A DNA stretch of 64,000 bases from a virus (IMGVR_UViG_3300030095_006531:12457-76456); one strand, 5' to 3'; positions 41,979-52,192 are shown, counted from the stretch's first letter. Program-made: numbers and translations. The notes: generated from the sequence alone by a model not told the origin.

Positions 41979-44960
41979 TTAGTCTTCAAAAGCAGCACCG
42001 CTATTGGTAATTACAAAGTCGATTGCAATAAACTCAATTGAACGAGCTGGTTTCAAATAAATTTTGGCGTACATAATGTTTCGGTCTACCAAATCTGGTG
42101 TTGTGGTTGTTTTGTCCAACAATACCTTAAAGTCGGTCAACCCTAATTTAATCTTCACATTGTCCAAAAATGGAACAACTTGTGCTGTGAAGCGATCCCA
42201 TGTTGCTTGAACATTTTGTTCAAACAGTAATGTCGCTGCCATCCGTGAAATTTCTTTCTTGACATAAATCATCAACCGTCGAACATTTACTCTATCCAAG
42301 GCAGATGGTGTTTTTTGTAGTGTTTTTTGTCCGAACATTACGATTCCTTCTGCTGGAAATGAAGCGATTGGGTTGATGTTTGCGTCATAAAGTTGATCCC
42401 TATCTTTAGAGGTCAATCTTTGGCGTACTCCAATCACTGGAAGTCCTGCTGCACCGTTGGTCAAACCTCCACGCTTAAAGCCTGCTGGAGCAAACCACAA
42501 TTCTTCGTTTGCTTGAGCACTTGAGTAGGTGCCGACTGCCGCAATTGATGGTGGACCCCAAAAATCCAGTCCGTTGTTTTCATCAACATATTGCAGCCAT
42601 GGGTAATAAGTTACACCATAACTATTGTTAATAACTCGGTCGTTCAATGTACTAACAGCGGTTGAAACATTGCCTCGAACATTTGTATTTGAGTCACTTG
42701 CATAATATGCTGAACGGTCTGCGCGAGGAGTGTAGTTTCCTTCGATGTCAATCACGCCCAAAGCATCTCCCCTATCCTCACAAAGATTAATAATCTTATC
42801 AGTCAAGGTACTTTCAGTTAGTCCAGGCATTGTCATCATGTTATATTCAACAACTTCAGGGTCAGCGCATGAATCAACTGCCATCTTAACAGAATTGTAA
42901 GCATAGCTTGTAAATTCATTGGCACTATTCCCCAGAGTATTGTTGTTAAACGGATTCAACTCTTTAATGTTAATGCCGTTGAATCCACCAAACATTGGAG
43001 CTGTAAATTTATCGAAATCTGCGTCTAAAATTGCCTTGTATGTTGGGGCAGAGCCTGTAGCTGTAATCGAGAAGCCAGCTCGTCTTGAACCGGACAAGTA
43101 AAATGCTTGCGTAGTAGAAAATGTTGTTGTTCCATCAACAATTGAACTTGCTGCGGAAGCTGAGTACCTTGTTACATTATCAAGTGTAAATACATACTCA
43201 TACTCTGTTGGTCCGTTGGTTGAGGTTCCATCTGGGGTTGTGTTTCCTGGGTCTGTCGCCCTAAGAACATCTGGTAAGCCCCTTACTACGTCAACATAGG
43301 AATTCTCGAACCGGTTTGAACTACCAGAACGGCTTGTATCTACTCCAAAGTACGCATCAGTAGGGCTGGATAGGTTGCCGATTTCCGAACTTCTACGTAA
43401 ATGTGTTTTTGGATAAAAGAATGTGCCCCTAAATTGGTCGCCTGCAAATGACATAATACCAGTTGAATAAGCACCTTTTCCACCCACTGACAATACGGCA
43501 TTGGAAGTATAGGAAGTTGTTGCACCAGAATTGTCCTCTCTGAGGGTGAGAACTTGGGTTGCAGTCGAACCGGTGACTGCAAATCCACGCAGACGAACTG
43601 GGCCATAGTACCCGAATGGAAGAAGTTCAGGATCGGTTGCTCCAGCGCGGACATCCGAATGTACATCAACATACACATACTTGGATTTGTTTGGATAATC
43701 TCCATAATCCCTATAACTTCTATCGGTGTCACTCCATTCTGCATAGGAATCGCCGATTTTCCGAGCAATATAATCTTCAGAAGAAGGATTAAGATTGCAA
43801 TTCGTAAAACTCTCTAAAACTACAGGATCTGCATCACTATCAGTTGCGGAACGAACTTCGACGGTAAATGTTCCATATGGTTGAAACTCGTTTGGTGCAG
43901 CAGTAATGTCTCGAATTGAAACTTTGATATTTTGTTGGTTCCAATCACCACCTTCAAGACTTCTAAATCTAAACAACTTTTTAATGTTGTCATTTTTAGG
44001 ATAAAAACTTGAATAGCTATTTAAGTCTTGCGAGATAATCCACCCTGTGGATCCTTTGATCAGGTTTGAGCGGTTATGATTTGTGTCAGTGTTAGAATTC
44101 GCCAACGGAACCATAACACCTACAACATTTCCGTTTGCACCTGTATTTGTTACATACTCATCAATTTCTCTATCATAAGTTTCGCCAAGCACATAGGTTC
44201 TTCGGTTGGTAGAAGCATATTGTCTCTCACCCGCAGACCCTAAAAGTGTTGGGTTGGTGTTAAACACTTTACGAATGTATTTTTTAGAGTTTTCATCAAA
44301 ATTGAAAGTAATGGTTTCTGAAACGTTCATTGCTGAACCGCTTTTAACAAGAGCTACAAATTCTTTGTTAGTTCCAGCACTTGTAATCAGTGCATTTGAA
44401 GAGCCAGTGGTGACAGTGCCACCCAGTATAGTTCCCGACAAATCAACACGACCCTCGGAGCAATAAAAAATTGCAGCCAAAGTTCCGGTTTGTGGTGCGA
44501 CGTTATAGTTTGTACTTGAGGAGTTGATTAAGAAAAGACCCATCGCGCCGCCGCTTGTTCCCGGAGCGGAAGTTGAATAGGAAGAGCCGATTTCCCAACC
44601 TGCTCTACCAGCAGCAGTCCTGTCAGTATTTTCACGACCTAAAAGGCGAACAAAAGTAACAGCACTGTTGTTTCTGAGCCAAGCTTGTGCAGCGTAAGCT
44701 CCATAAGTCGGTGTCAACCCAAAATTACCCTCTCTCCAGATGTCTCCGCCTTTGTTTCCTGCTTGAGGCATTCCAAAGATTTCTACAAACTCTGAAAATG
44801 AATTTACTTTTGTGGGTCGCAATGCTGGTCCTTGCACTGCCGTTCCGATAATTACTGGACCTATCTCTTCTGGTTCACGAGGTAATTGAGAATTGTCGAT
44901 TTCTGCAATTTGAATCCCAGGTGAAATAAATCTAAATTTGCTGACGCCGGTTTTTGCCAT
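41979..44960 (-). CDS. Contractile tail sheath protein (gp18-like)
   Basis: FISPGIQIAEID, WFAPAGFKRG, LYDANINPI, GQKTLQ and DRVNVRRL. Confidence 0.95.
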   Translation of the reverse strand: MAKTGVSKFRFISPGIQIAEIDNSQLPREPEEIGPVIIGTAVQGPALRPTKVNSFSEFVEIFGMPQAGNKGGDIWREGNFGLTPTYGAYAAQAWLRNNSAVTFVRLLGRENTDRTAAGRAGWEIGSSYSTSAPGTSGGAMGLFLINSSSTNYNVAPQTGTLAAIFYCSEGRVDLSGTILGGTVTTGSSNALITSAGTNKEFVALVKSGSAMNVSETITFNFDENSKKYIRKVFNTNPTLLGSAGERQYASTNRRTYVLGETYDREIDEYVTNTGANGNVVGVMVPLANSNTDTNHNRSNLIKGSTGWIISQDLNSYSSFYPKNDNIKKLFRFRSLEGGDWNQQNIKVSIRDITAAPNEFQPYGTFTVEVRSATDSDADPVVLESFTNCNLNPSSEDYIARKIGDSYAEWSDTDRSYRDYGDYPNKSKYVYVDVHSDVRAGATDPELLPFGYYGPVRLRGFAVTGSTATQVLTLREDNSGATTSYTSNAVLSVGGKGAYSTGIMSFAGDQFRGTFFYPKTHLRRSSEIGNLSSPTDAYFGVDTSRSGSSNRFENSYVDVVRGLPDVLRATDPGNTTPDGTSTNGPTEYEYVFTLDNVTRYSASAASSIVDGTTTFSTTQAFYLSGSRRAGFSITATGSAPTYKAILDADFDKFTAPMFGGFNGINIKELNPFNNNTLGNSANEFTSYAYNSVKMAVDSCADPEVVEYNMMTMPGLTESTLTDKIINLCEDRGDALGVIDIEGNYTPRADRSAYYASDSNTNVRGNVSTAVSTLNDRVINNSYGVTYYPWLQYVDENNGLDFWGPPSIAAVGTYSSAQANEELWFAPAGFKRGGLTNGAAGLPVIGVRQRLTSKDRDQLYDANINPIASFPAEGIVMFGQKTLQKTPSALDRVNVRRLMIYVKKEISRMAATLLFEQNVQATWDRFTAQVVPFLDNVKIKLGLTDFKVLLDKTTTTPDLVDRNIMYAKIYLKPARSIEFIAIDFVITNSGAAFED

Positions 44961-45006
44961 TGATGTGTATCTCCTTATTTAGTATTACAATACTTAAATT
45001 CTTTAA

Positions 45007-45014
45007 TAAATAGT
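45007..45014 (-). promoter_or_regulatory. Putative late promoter motif ACTATTTA
   Basis: Intergenic, upstream of the sheath gene. Confidence 0.65.
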
Positions 45015-45045
45015 ATCTTATCCGAGCAAAAGACAAATGGAAACA

Positions 45046-45942
45046 CTATGAGCGGTATTTTCCATTTTTCCAATCTGGTATGTCACCAAATATCACTCTT
45101 TCCCTAGGAATGCGGACTTGGACTGCATTTTCTCTTATCACTATATTTGGCTGTTCTTGGTTTTTATCTGCCCCAACCAAATAACCTAAAACGTTTACAT
45201 TTATTTCTGTCTCATAAATCCTTAGCTCTGAGCCCATTTCGGCAACATTGTTTTTTGTTGCAAAATCTTGCTGCATAAAAGCCTCATATTGATGGTCGTC
45301 GCGACTAACTATGATTCTAGAGTTGATCCCACCTGTATTCACTACAAAAGGTTGTACTATTTCGTTCATTTGTTGTTGATATTCAGTTCTTACGCTGATG
45401 GTGTAAGATACGTCAACATATACAGGCATCGGAATTGTAATTGTTTCATATACAATTTTGGGGTTTTTGTTTTTTTTATTTGGAAAATTAATTTGCTGTC
45501 CACCGAATTCACCAGCATTTCCAGCAATCCCAGATTTTTTTCGATAAGTGTCTGCATTTAAAAAGTTGGCTGATTTATTTTGTTGGACTTGACGAGCAAT
45601 TGTAATTGAGCCTCCTTTTTTATCTGGAACCGGAAACACGTTGCCATAAAAATTTCCTTTTTTGTTTGGATTTTTTTCAAATTTGTTTCTTCGTATAGCG
45701 ATAATAGGAAATATGAGAGTCCCTTCAGAATCTCTTAAATTTTTATGATTTTTGATCTGTGAAGAGCGTTCTCCCGACACCCATACGCATGGAACTTTTT
45801 TAAAGCCTTTGTTGGTCGTGCAGAAAACATCCATCTGTTGTTGGATCCAATCATACATGGCATAATCAATCGTTTCTAATGTAGATGGTTTAAAAGGTAA
45901 GATTTGCTTGATGGTTCCGCTAATGTTGGTTCTATCTTTCAT
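45046..45942 (-). CDS. Tail terminator/sheath stabiliser (gp15-like)
   Basis: Position after the neck genes; P.PVYVDVSY.I...Q.NEIV pattern. Confidence 0.65.
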   Translation of the reverse strand: MKDRTNISGTIKQILPFKPSTLETIDYAMYDWIQQQMDVFCTTNKGFKKVPCVWVSGERSSQIKNHKNLRDSEGTLIFPIIAIRRNKFEKNPNKKGNFYGNVFPVPDKKGGSITIARQVQQNKSANFLNADTYRKKSGIAGNAGEFGGQQINFPNKKNKNPKIVYETITIPMPVYVDVSYTISVRTEYQQQMNEIVQPFVVNTGGINSRIIVSRDDHQYEAFMQQDFATKNNVAEMGSELRIYETEINVNVLGYLVGADKNQEQPNIVIRENAVQVRIPRERVIFGDIPDWKNGKYRS

Positions 45943-45944
45943 TT

Positions 45945-46436
45945 CTATCTCCCATCAAACAAGCCTTGACGAGATTTTTTACACTTGGCTGAAATCTCTA
46001 ACATGTAATCTTTATTACCAAACAAGCGTTTTGGTTCTGTCAAAGTAACTATCTCATAATAAGATTCGCCATAAAGAATAAAATCACCCTCTCTTACGTA
46101 CAAATCTTGATCTTCAGTTAATCGGCGCTTGTGAAAATGGCACGTGACCATGTAATCTCTATCTACACCATATTGGGTAGTATTAGATTCGTTCCCTTCC
46201 CAATCGATAAGAACATAAACCCTTATAGGTGCTAAAAAGTTTTTCTCTATTGCTTCTTCGTATAAAGGGTGAAAGTTGGTGTGGGTCTGGCTTATTGGAT
46301 AATATAAGACAGTCTGACCGATTACTCGCTCCATCAATTCATCATTGACTTGTTTGACCAAATCTCTTTCTTTTTTGTTAAAAAAAAGAGGAGGTGGAGG
46401 ACTGTCGGGTCTGTTCCATTTATTATCATCTGCCAC
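45945..46436 (-). CDS. Neck/head-completion protein (gp14-like)
   Basis: GQTVLYYP..LYEEA..K.F; EGDFI.YG..YYEI. Confidence 0.7.
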   Translation of the reverse strand: MADDNKWNRPDSPPPPLFFNKKERDLVKQVNDELMERVIGQTVLYYPISQTHTNFHPLYEEAIEKNFLAPIRVYVLIDWEGNESNTTQYGVDRDYMVTCHFHKRRLTEDQDLYVREGDFILYGESYYEIVTLTEPKRLFGNKDYMLEISAKCKKSRQGLFDGR

Positions 46437-46441
46437 TTGAT

Positions 46442-47752
46442 TTACCCTCTATAGACCCCTAAAGGAATTTGTACTTGAATTCGACTAGAGTCTTCGGACA
46501 TTTTAGCATCTTTCTCCATAACTGCCGCATATGTTAATTCATCTAATAACGCTTTTAATTCTTCTTTTAAGCTATTCTGCTCTTCTTTGGCCTGAGAGCC
46601 CAACTCAGATGCATTTAGTGTGACCGAATCGCCAGGAATTGGAACTGTGGCAAACTTACCGCGCACTTGTGCAAGCATTTCTTTAGAAATTGCTAAAGCG
46701 TATTTCCTAATCCATTGCTTACCCATGCTATTGATGTTGTCGTATGGGATGTTGGCGAATGGTATGGTGTTATAATTGTTGACCCCATCGGCACCGTCTT
46801 TTCTTGTGTCGTCTTGAACCCAAGAATCAGTATGAACACTAAATTCGAACCACACTTTTCGTGGTGAGCCTGTACCAGGTTCGGTGGGTGGTGGATAAAG
46901 TCGAATCTTGTTGTCTCTTATTTCATAAGAATAGTGTGAAGCGCGGGTGTAAAGGCTGGTTTCAAAAGCCATTGCTTGTAATTTATTTTGCCAAGCCGGA
47001 ACGACCTCAAATGTGGATTCATCCGAATATTGACCATATGTGTTTAAATTGCCTACAACATTTAATCCGCCGTAGTACCCATAAAATCTCCACATCACAC
47101 CAGGCGACCGATAATACACTCTTCTAATGTCGATTCTTTTATTATTAATACTACCCGTAAAAGCTATATCATCTGTGGCTGATGAAGATACGGACAAGTC
47201 TTGAACAATCTTTTGTAGATCATATTCTTGTTGGTTGTTTTGCACATCGATAGAGGCTGAGTAGATCGTTACATCAGGTCCAATGGCTGCACCGGCTGCG
47301 AGTCCCCTACTAACTCTTTTGCCATATTCAAAAGTAAATTTTGGGTATTTAAGGGATGCATGGGTTCCTCCCAAACTAGAAGAAAGTGAGCCGGATTGTA
47401 TCTTCCCTTCATGATCGAATGTTCCGGTTGCATTTCCCAAGAAATCGGACAAAACATTTTTGGCCTGATGATTGTTGACAATATAAGAATATTCTAGGGT
47501 GGCCAACTCATAAGATGTATAAACATTGTCCTCAGTCAACTCGATGTCTAAAACATCGCCACCAAGCATCTTATAAGTTAAAGAAACCTGCGCGACGGCA
47601 CCAGAAATCCATTCAGTAGATTTCATTGTACCATCAAGATAAACACCATACGGCACACTTGTTGATATTACCTTGTCATAGGAACCGGTTGATTTTAGTA
47701 CATATGGACTGGTTTTTTGGACTGGTGATAGTTTAGGTGGTGCTGTAGCCAT
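46442..47752 (-). CDS. Neck protein (gp13-like)
   Basis: LGGDVLDIELT; WIRKYALA..KEML..VRGKF..PIPG..VTLN. Confidence 0.8.
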   Translation of the reverse strand: MATAPPKLSPVQKTSPYVLKSTGSYDKVISTSVPYGVYLDGTMKSTEWISGAVAQVSLTYKMLGGDVLDIELTEDNVYTSYELATLEYSYIVNNHQAKNVLSDFLGNATGTFDHEGKIQSGSLSSSLGGTHASLKYPKFTFEYGKRVSRGLAAGAAIGPDVTIYSASIDVQNNQQEYDLQKIVQDLSVSSSATDDIAFTGSINNKRIDIRRVYYRSPGVMWRFYGYYGGLNVVGNLNTYGQYSDESTFEVVPAWQNKLQAMAFETSLYTRASHYSYEIRDNKIRLYPPPTEPGTGSPRKVWFEFSVHTDSWVQDDTRKDGADGVNNYNTIPFANIPYDNINSMGKQWIRKYALAISKEMLAQVRGKFATVPIPGDSVTLNASELGSQAKEEQNSLKEELKALLDELTYAAVMEKDAKMSEDSSRIQVQIPLGVYRG

Positions 47753-47769
47753 TTTTTTCTCCTCCTAGT

Positions 47770-47777
47770 TAAATAGT
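47770..47777 (-). promoter_or_regulatory. Putative late promoter motif ACTATTTA
   Basis: Between the capsid terminator and the neck gene SD. Confidence 0.65.
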
Positions 47778-47794
47778 TGAAAAAGGCTGAAACG

Positions 47795-47836
47795 AAAAAG
47801 AAAACCCTGCCTCTCACGAAGAAAGACAGGGTTTTC
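47795..47836 (-). terminator. Rho-independent terminator after the major capsid gene
   Basis: GAAAACCCTGTCT...AGGCAGGGTTTTC plus U-tract. Confidence 0.85.
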
Positions 47837-47861
47837 AATGATTATAAAGACATCTAATAAA

Positions 47862-49610
47862 TTAGAGTAAGTCTTCTACGATTACGAGTCCGTACATATC
47901 TGGACGCACCATCTTCTTACCGTAACGGGTCATGACACCCTTACGTGGTACGAAGTCTTCTGGTCCAAAAATGGTTGGAGTAACTTGTAATGGCACATAA
48001 GGTGCATATACGTAGCCACTTTCTAGGAAGCTATTGCCCTTACGACCTACAAGTAGAACATTTCGTGGGAAATATGGATCAACATAGATGTCCCATTTCT
48101 TGCTCACTTGGCCAACCTTAACTGCACCGGCAGTTCCACGATTCTCATCGGCTGTTGTGTCAGCACGGAAACCACTAGTAAACTCAAGAACGTTTGCAAC
48201 TTCTGGGCTAGTAACGATAAAGTTCGCCCCGCCGCGAAGTGTCTTTCTGTGAATTTGTGCAGAAACATCATTGACTGTCTCAAGAAGTGTCTCGTACCAT
48301 TCAGAAACAGTACCTGTGAAATCCGGATACAATGTTTCGTTGGTAGATGAACCGCCTGGGGCAGCTGCTGTTCCGCTACGCGCTACAAACTTACCTGGTT
48401 TACGTGACCAGAAGAAAGTTCCTGCTTGTGCGCCAATAATCAAATCTTCAAGAATTTCTTGATCGATTTCAAGTGCAATTGTTTCAGAAAGAATACCAGT
48501 CAACTCAACTTCAGCATCCAAGTTGTGGTATGCATTGATGTCTTGTTGCAGTTCTGGTGTCCATTTGGCCTTTAACTTCTTGGTTACAGCGGTGATTGAT
48601 ACACTGTCAACCTTGATGTCAATTTCTGGAATTTGGTTTGTATTTTCAAGTGCCCAGTCGGTTCGACCAACAATAGCACCTTTTGCAACACCAGAGGTGG
48701 TGAATGCATCTACAATTGAACCAGTTGCAATATCAACCAGAGGTACAGAAGCGGTAATGTCACTATTTTTATTAGCAGCACCAGTCCACTCAAAGACAAA
48801 AAGAAGCTCAGTGCCGTCACGACCTCCACCAACAAAAGAGCCACTGCTAAGTTGCGTTAGGCGTCGAACTTGTCGAATGTTAGTAAGACTACCAACAGAA
48901 GCATCATTTACTTCAACCGTGATTAAATCATCAAAATTGAGTGTTTTTTGAGCTGTTTCAAAGCTGGATCTAGCAATTGAGCCAATGCCGACAACACTAC
49001 CTGAAAGATCAGGGTCATAACGAGTGATCGCATTAGCGTTTGCGGGAGTTAGGCTTGACCACGAGGCTGCATCTGTTGCAGACGCTGTACCCCAACCCAA
49101 TAGTGTGGTTGTCAAAGATGCAAATGAAGCAGTTGGACTAGAATAGCCATTATTAAGAGCGTAAAAGCTCTTCTCTGCATTAGCACCAGTTAGATCAACA
49201 CCACCAGTGATTTGATTACCAACTGCACCACCGCCATAGACGGAATTGCCTTTAGTATACTGCGCCTTGGTGTCTCCATAGGTAAAGTCTAGGAAGAAAA
49301 TAAGGCCAGATGGCAAGCTCATTGGTTGAACTGACACTAGCTCATTTGCGATTAGTCCACCAAATACTCGACGGACAATTGGAAATGCAACCGCAGCGAA
49401 GCCTTCAACATCACTACCTTGCATTGTAGATGCTTCACGAAGAAGCTCTTTTGCTTGGTTTTCAAGAAGTGCAGCCATACTATTACGACCGTGATCACTC
49501 TCTAAACCTTCTAGAAGACCAGTTTTTTCCCATTTGTTGAGAACAGCTTGACCTTCTTTTTGGACATTGCGACTAACAATACCCTCAGTAAGTTTTTCGA
49601 TAATACTCAT
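47862..49610 (-). CDS. Major capsid protein (T4 gp23-like)
   Basis: SVQPMSLPSGLIFFLDF, KKLKAKWTPEL.QD..AYH.LDAE, YAPYVPL and MTRYG. Confidence 0.97.
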   Translation of the reverse strand: MSIIEKLTEGIVSRNVQKEGQAVLNKWEKTGLLEGLESDHGRNSMAALLENQAKELLREASTMQGSDVEGFAAVAFPIVRRVFGGLIANELVSVQPMSLPSGLIFFLDFTYGDTKAQYTKGNSVYGGGAVGNQITGGVDLTGANAEKSFYALNNGYSSPTASFASLTTTLLGWGTASATDAASWSSLTPANANAITRYDPDLSGSVVGIGSIARSSFETAQKTLNFDDLITVEVNDASVGSLTNIRQVRRLTQLSSGSFVGGGRDGTELLFVFEWTGAANKNSDITASVPLVDIATGSIVDAFTTSGVAKGAIVGRTDWALENTNQIPEIDIKVDSVSITAVTKKLKAKWTPELQQDINAYHNLDAEVELTGILSETIALEIDQEILEDLIIGAQAGTFFWSRKPGKFVARSGTAAAPGGSSTNETLYPDFTGTVSEWYETLLETVNDVSAQIHRKTLRGGANFIVTSPEVANVLEFTSGFRADTTADENRGTAGAVKVGQVSKKWDIYVDPYFPRNVLLVGRKGNSFLESGYVYAPYVPLQVTPTIFGPEDFVPRKGVMTRYGKKMVRPDMYGLVIVEDLL

Positions 49611-49633
49611 TGTATTAATTCTCCTTAAATAAT

Positions 49634-50848
49634 TTAAATAATTCCTGCAAGCCTCTTCATTCGCTCTGCGGCGGAATCCGAAGATTGCGTTTTTTCTTTG
49701 TTTGATTTCAAAACAAGCCTGTTATTTTTACTTATAGCTTCTCTTAGATTCTTCGGAGTGTTTTGATTACTCGAAGGTAAAGATTCCTGTAAGGTTTCAT
49801 AAATAACCTTGGCTTCTTCAGTTGAATTCGCGTTTGAAACCGCTTCGACAAGATTTTCTTTTTGTCGCTCATTCAAGGAGTTGGATTCCAGTATTCGATT
49901 CTTGTATACCAATTTGGCATTTGTTGTGTTAAGTTCAGTTAGTTTTTCACTAACTTGACGGGCAATACTCTTAAGTTCGTTGTGCTCACCTTCAAGCCTA
50001 TTCTTATCAGACTTGAGAGAATTTACTTGCTCTTCTAATTTTGCGATTTTTTTAACAGCTTCTTCAAAGGCTGCGTTTTCTTCTTCGTTCTCGGTTGATT
50101 CATCTGCTGCTGCTGCAACATCGACTGCATAAATTTGTTGAGCTTTGGTTGGATGAGTAGTTCCCAAATCTCCACGAGGCACATTTTCTAAATCAACTTT
50201 TAACATTTCTGCAATTGCATCTTTAAGAGATTCTTCATCAAGCTCAATCTCTTCTTCTAGTTCTTCTTCTAACTCTTCTTCCTCAAAAACTCCACGACCT
50301 TTCAAGATGTCGGCTTGTGTAACTTTACCATCTCCTGTTAGGTCTGGGAACTTTTTACCTTCAGCAAAAGCATCTACTAGGGCGTCTTCCACCTCTTCTT
50401 CTTTAACGTCTTCGGCGTCCGTATCATCTTCCATCTCTTCATTTAGGAGATTTTCAAGATCAGAGGTGTTTGCTTCAAACATAACTTCATCTTCTTCATC
50501 TTCTACATCAGAAGCAGCTTTCATAAGAGCATCCAAGTCTAGTTCAACGACTTCCTTGTCTTCAGGACAAGGACAAGCATCTTGACCATCTAGAGCTTTC
50601 ATGGGGATTTGATCTGTAAATTCATCAGGTTCGGGTGCTGCTGGATCTATCATGCTTGCGCCTTCAAAATCTTTTTCAGCTTCTAGACCCATTAGATCCT
50701 CTTCTTCAGTTTGCTCTAGCAATGTGTCAACCGCTTCTTTAATTTCGCCTGCATATTTTTCAAGAACTTCCTGTTCCGCGTTCTTAATTGCAGCTTCTTT
50801 AAGTGCTTGGGCATCTATAACTGCTTGTTCTAACATTGATGATGACAT
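49634..50848 (-). CDS. Prohead scaffolding protein (gp22-like)
   Basis: Acidic coiled coil directly upstream of the capsid gene; ends ERMKRLAGII. Confidence 0.85.
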   Translation of the reverse strand: MSSSMLEQAVIDAQALKEAAIKNAEQEVLEKYAGEIKEAVDTLLEQTEEEDLMGLEAEKDFEGASMIDPAAPEPDEFTDQIPMKALDGQDACPCPEDKEVVELDLDALMKAASDVEDEEDEVMFEANTSDLENLLNEEMEDDTDAEDVKEEEVEDALVDAFAEGKKFPDLTGDGKVTQADILKGRGVFEEEELEEELEEEIELDEESLKDAIAEMLKVDLENVPRGDLGTTHPTKAQQIYAVDVAAAADESTENEEENAAFEEAVKKIAKLEEQVNSLKSDKNRLEGEHNELKSIARQVSEKLTELNTTNAKLVYKNRILESNSLNERQKENLVEAVSNANSTEEAKVIYETLQESLPSSNQNTPKNLREAISKNNRLVLKSNKEKTQSSDSAAERMKRLAGII

Positions 50849-50880
50849 TCAAATCTCCTAATAGTAATAATTGTCTCAAA

Positions 50881-50888
50881 TAAATAGT
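50881..50888 (-). promoter_or_regulatory. Putative late promoter motif ACTATTTA
   Basis: Intergenic, upstream of the scaffold gene. Confidence 0.65.
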
Positions 50889-50923
50889 GTGTAAAATTGT
50901 TAAAATACTAAAATTGTAGTATA

Positions 50924-51331
50924 TTAGCCAACTCCTGCTGATCCAGACCAGTTGTTTTGTATGGATCCTGTTGGTATGTTTGTTAGACCGGCAACAAGAT
51001 CAAATGCTGAATCTGATGAAATTATTCTTTTGTAGTAGAGTTTGGTGACTTTTACATGAAGAGTGATTGAGTTTGTATCATTTTCTACATTTGCAGATAA
51101 TAAATCAAAATAATTATTTGTATCCATTCCATTTTCTGAAAAAGATATTCTTGGGCCATCAGCAGCAAGGAGTGTTTCAATGTTTCTTATGTGAATCCAA
51201 TTTGTTATTGTTGGGAATTCTATAACTTGTATTGCTGCCTTAGCGATAAGACTACGAAAATATGGTTTACTTGAAACTTGATACGATCCAACATGTCCTA
51301 AGCCGGGTTGACTCAAAGTATAAACGCTCAC
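50924..51331 (-). CDS. Small virion protein, paralog 1
   Basis: PGLGHVGSYQVSSKPY...NWSGSAGVG. Confidence 0.7.
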   Translation of the reverse strand: MSVYTLSQPGLGHVGSYQVSSKPYFRSLIAKAAIQVIEFPTITNWIHIRNIETLLAADGPRISFSENGMDTNNYFDLLSANVENDTNSITLHVKVTKLYYKRIISSDSAFDLVAGLTNIPTGSIQNNWSGSAGVG

Positions 51332-51753
51332 TATCCTATCCCCGCAGACCCAGACCAGTTGTCTCTAATTGATTCGGTAGGTACACCAGTTAATCCCGCA
51401 ATTACGTCTACTTTATCCGAAGAACCCGTTAAGTAAATTTTAGTCATTTTTAATTCCATTCGTGGCGTTGTTGCGTTTCGTCTTGCTCCACTTCCGTTAT
51501 AGTCATCAGAGACTCTAAAGTATTCTCCTGTTATGAAACCATTAGCGGAACCTGCGACTTTAATTATCTTTGAATTATCGGCAGACACGCCCCTATTCCT
51601 AACTATAATCCAGCGAGTCACAGAAGGGAAATTAATCTCTATTGGCCCCTCTGTGTAAACAGAGAGATCAATGTTTCCGCTTACAAATGGTTTTCCAGAT
51701 ACTTGATAAGCTCCAACCTGTCCTAAACCGGGTGGTTGCGGGGTATAAGGCAT
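51331..51753 (-). CDS. Small virion protein, paralog 2
   Basis: PGLGQVGAYQVSGKPF...NWSGSAGIG. Confidence 0.7.
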   Translation of the reverse strand: MPYTPQPPGLGQVGAYQVSGKPFVSGNIDLSVYTEGPIEINFPSVTRWIIVRNRGVSADNSKIIKVAGSANGFITGEYFRVSDDYNGSGARRNATTPRMELKMTKIYLTGSSDKVDVIAGLTGVPTESIRDNWSGSAGIG

Positions 51754-52166
51754 TATCCCACTCCCGATGAACTCGACCAGTTATTTTGTATTTCTTGCGT
51801 ATCGATTCCAGTTAATCCTACAATAACATCAACTTGGGTTGATGCCCCAGTCAAAAATAGCGATGTAACTTTTAATTCCATTCTTTGAGTCATCATGTTT
51901 GCGCGATCATTTGTGTCGCTAGAGACTGTAAAAAAATTATTTGTATCAAATCCAAGTTTTGAAAAGCCGACATCTACATCATTATTGACATCATGATTTG
52001 TAACAATAACCCAGCGGGTGACAGACGGAAAAGAAATTTCTAAAGGACCAAGAGCGCCTGCGGTTGCTACATTGACATTGATGCCCCCACTCAGAAAAGG
52101 TTTTCCTGAAACCTGATATGACCCTACATTCCCAAGACCGGCCCCATAATTTTTAAAAACTGACAT
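51753..52166 (-). CDS. Small virion protein, paralog 3
   Basis: AGLGNVGSYQVSGKPF...NWSSSSGVG. Confidence 0.7.
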   Translation of the reverse strand: MSVFKNYGAGLGNVGSYQVSGKPFLSGGINVNVATAGALGPLEISFPSVTRWVIVTNHDVNNDVDVGFSKLGFDTNNFFTVSSDTNDRANMMTQRMELKVTSLFLTGASTQVDVIVGLTGIDTQEIQNNWSSSSGVG

Positions 52167-52182
52167 AATTTACCTCACCTTA

Positions 52183-52190
52183 TAAATAGT
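52183..52190 (-). promoter_or_regulatory. Putative late promoter motif ACTATTTA
   Basis: Intergenic, before a GAGGT SD. Confidence 0.65.
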
Positions 52191-52192
52191 TA

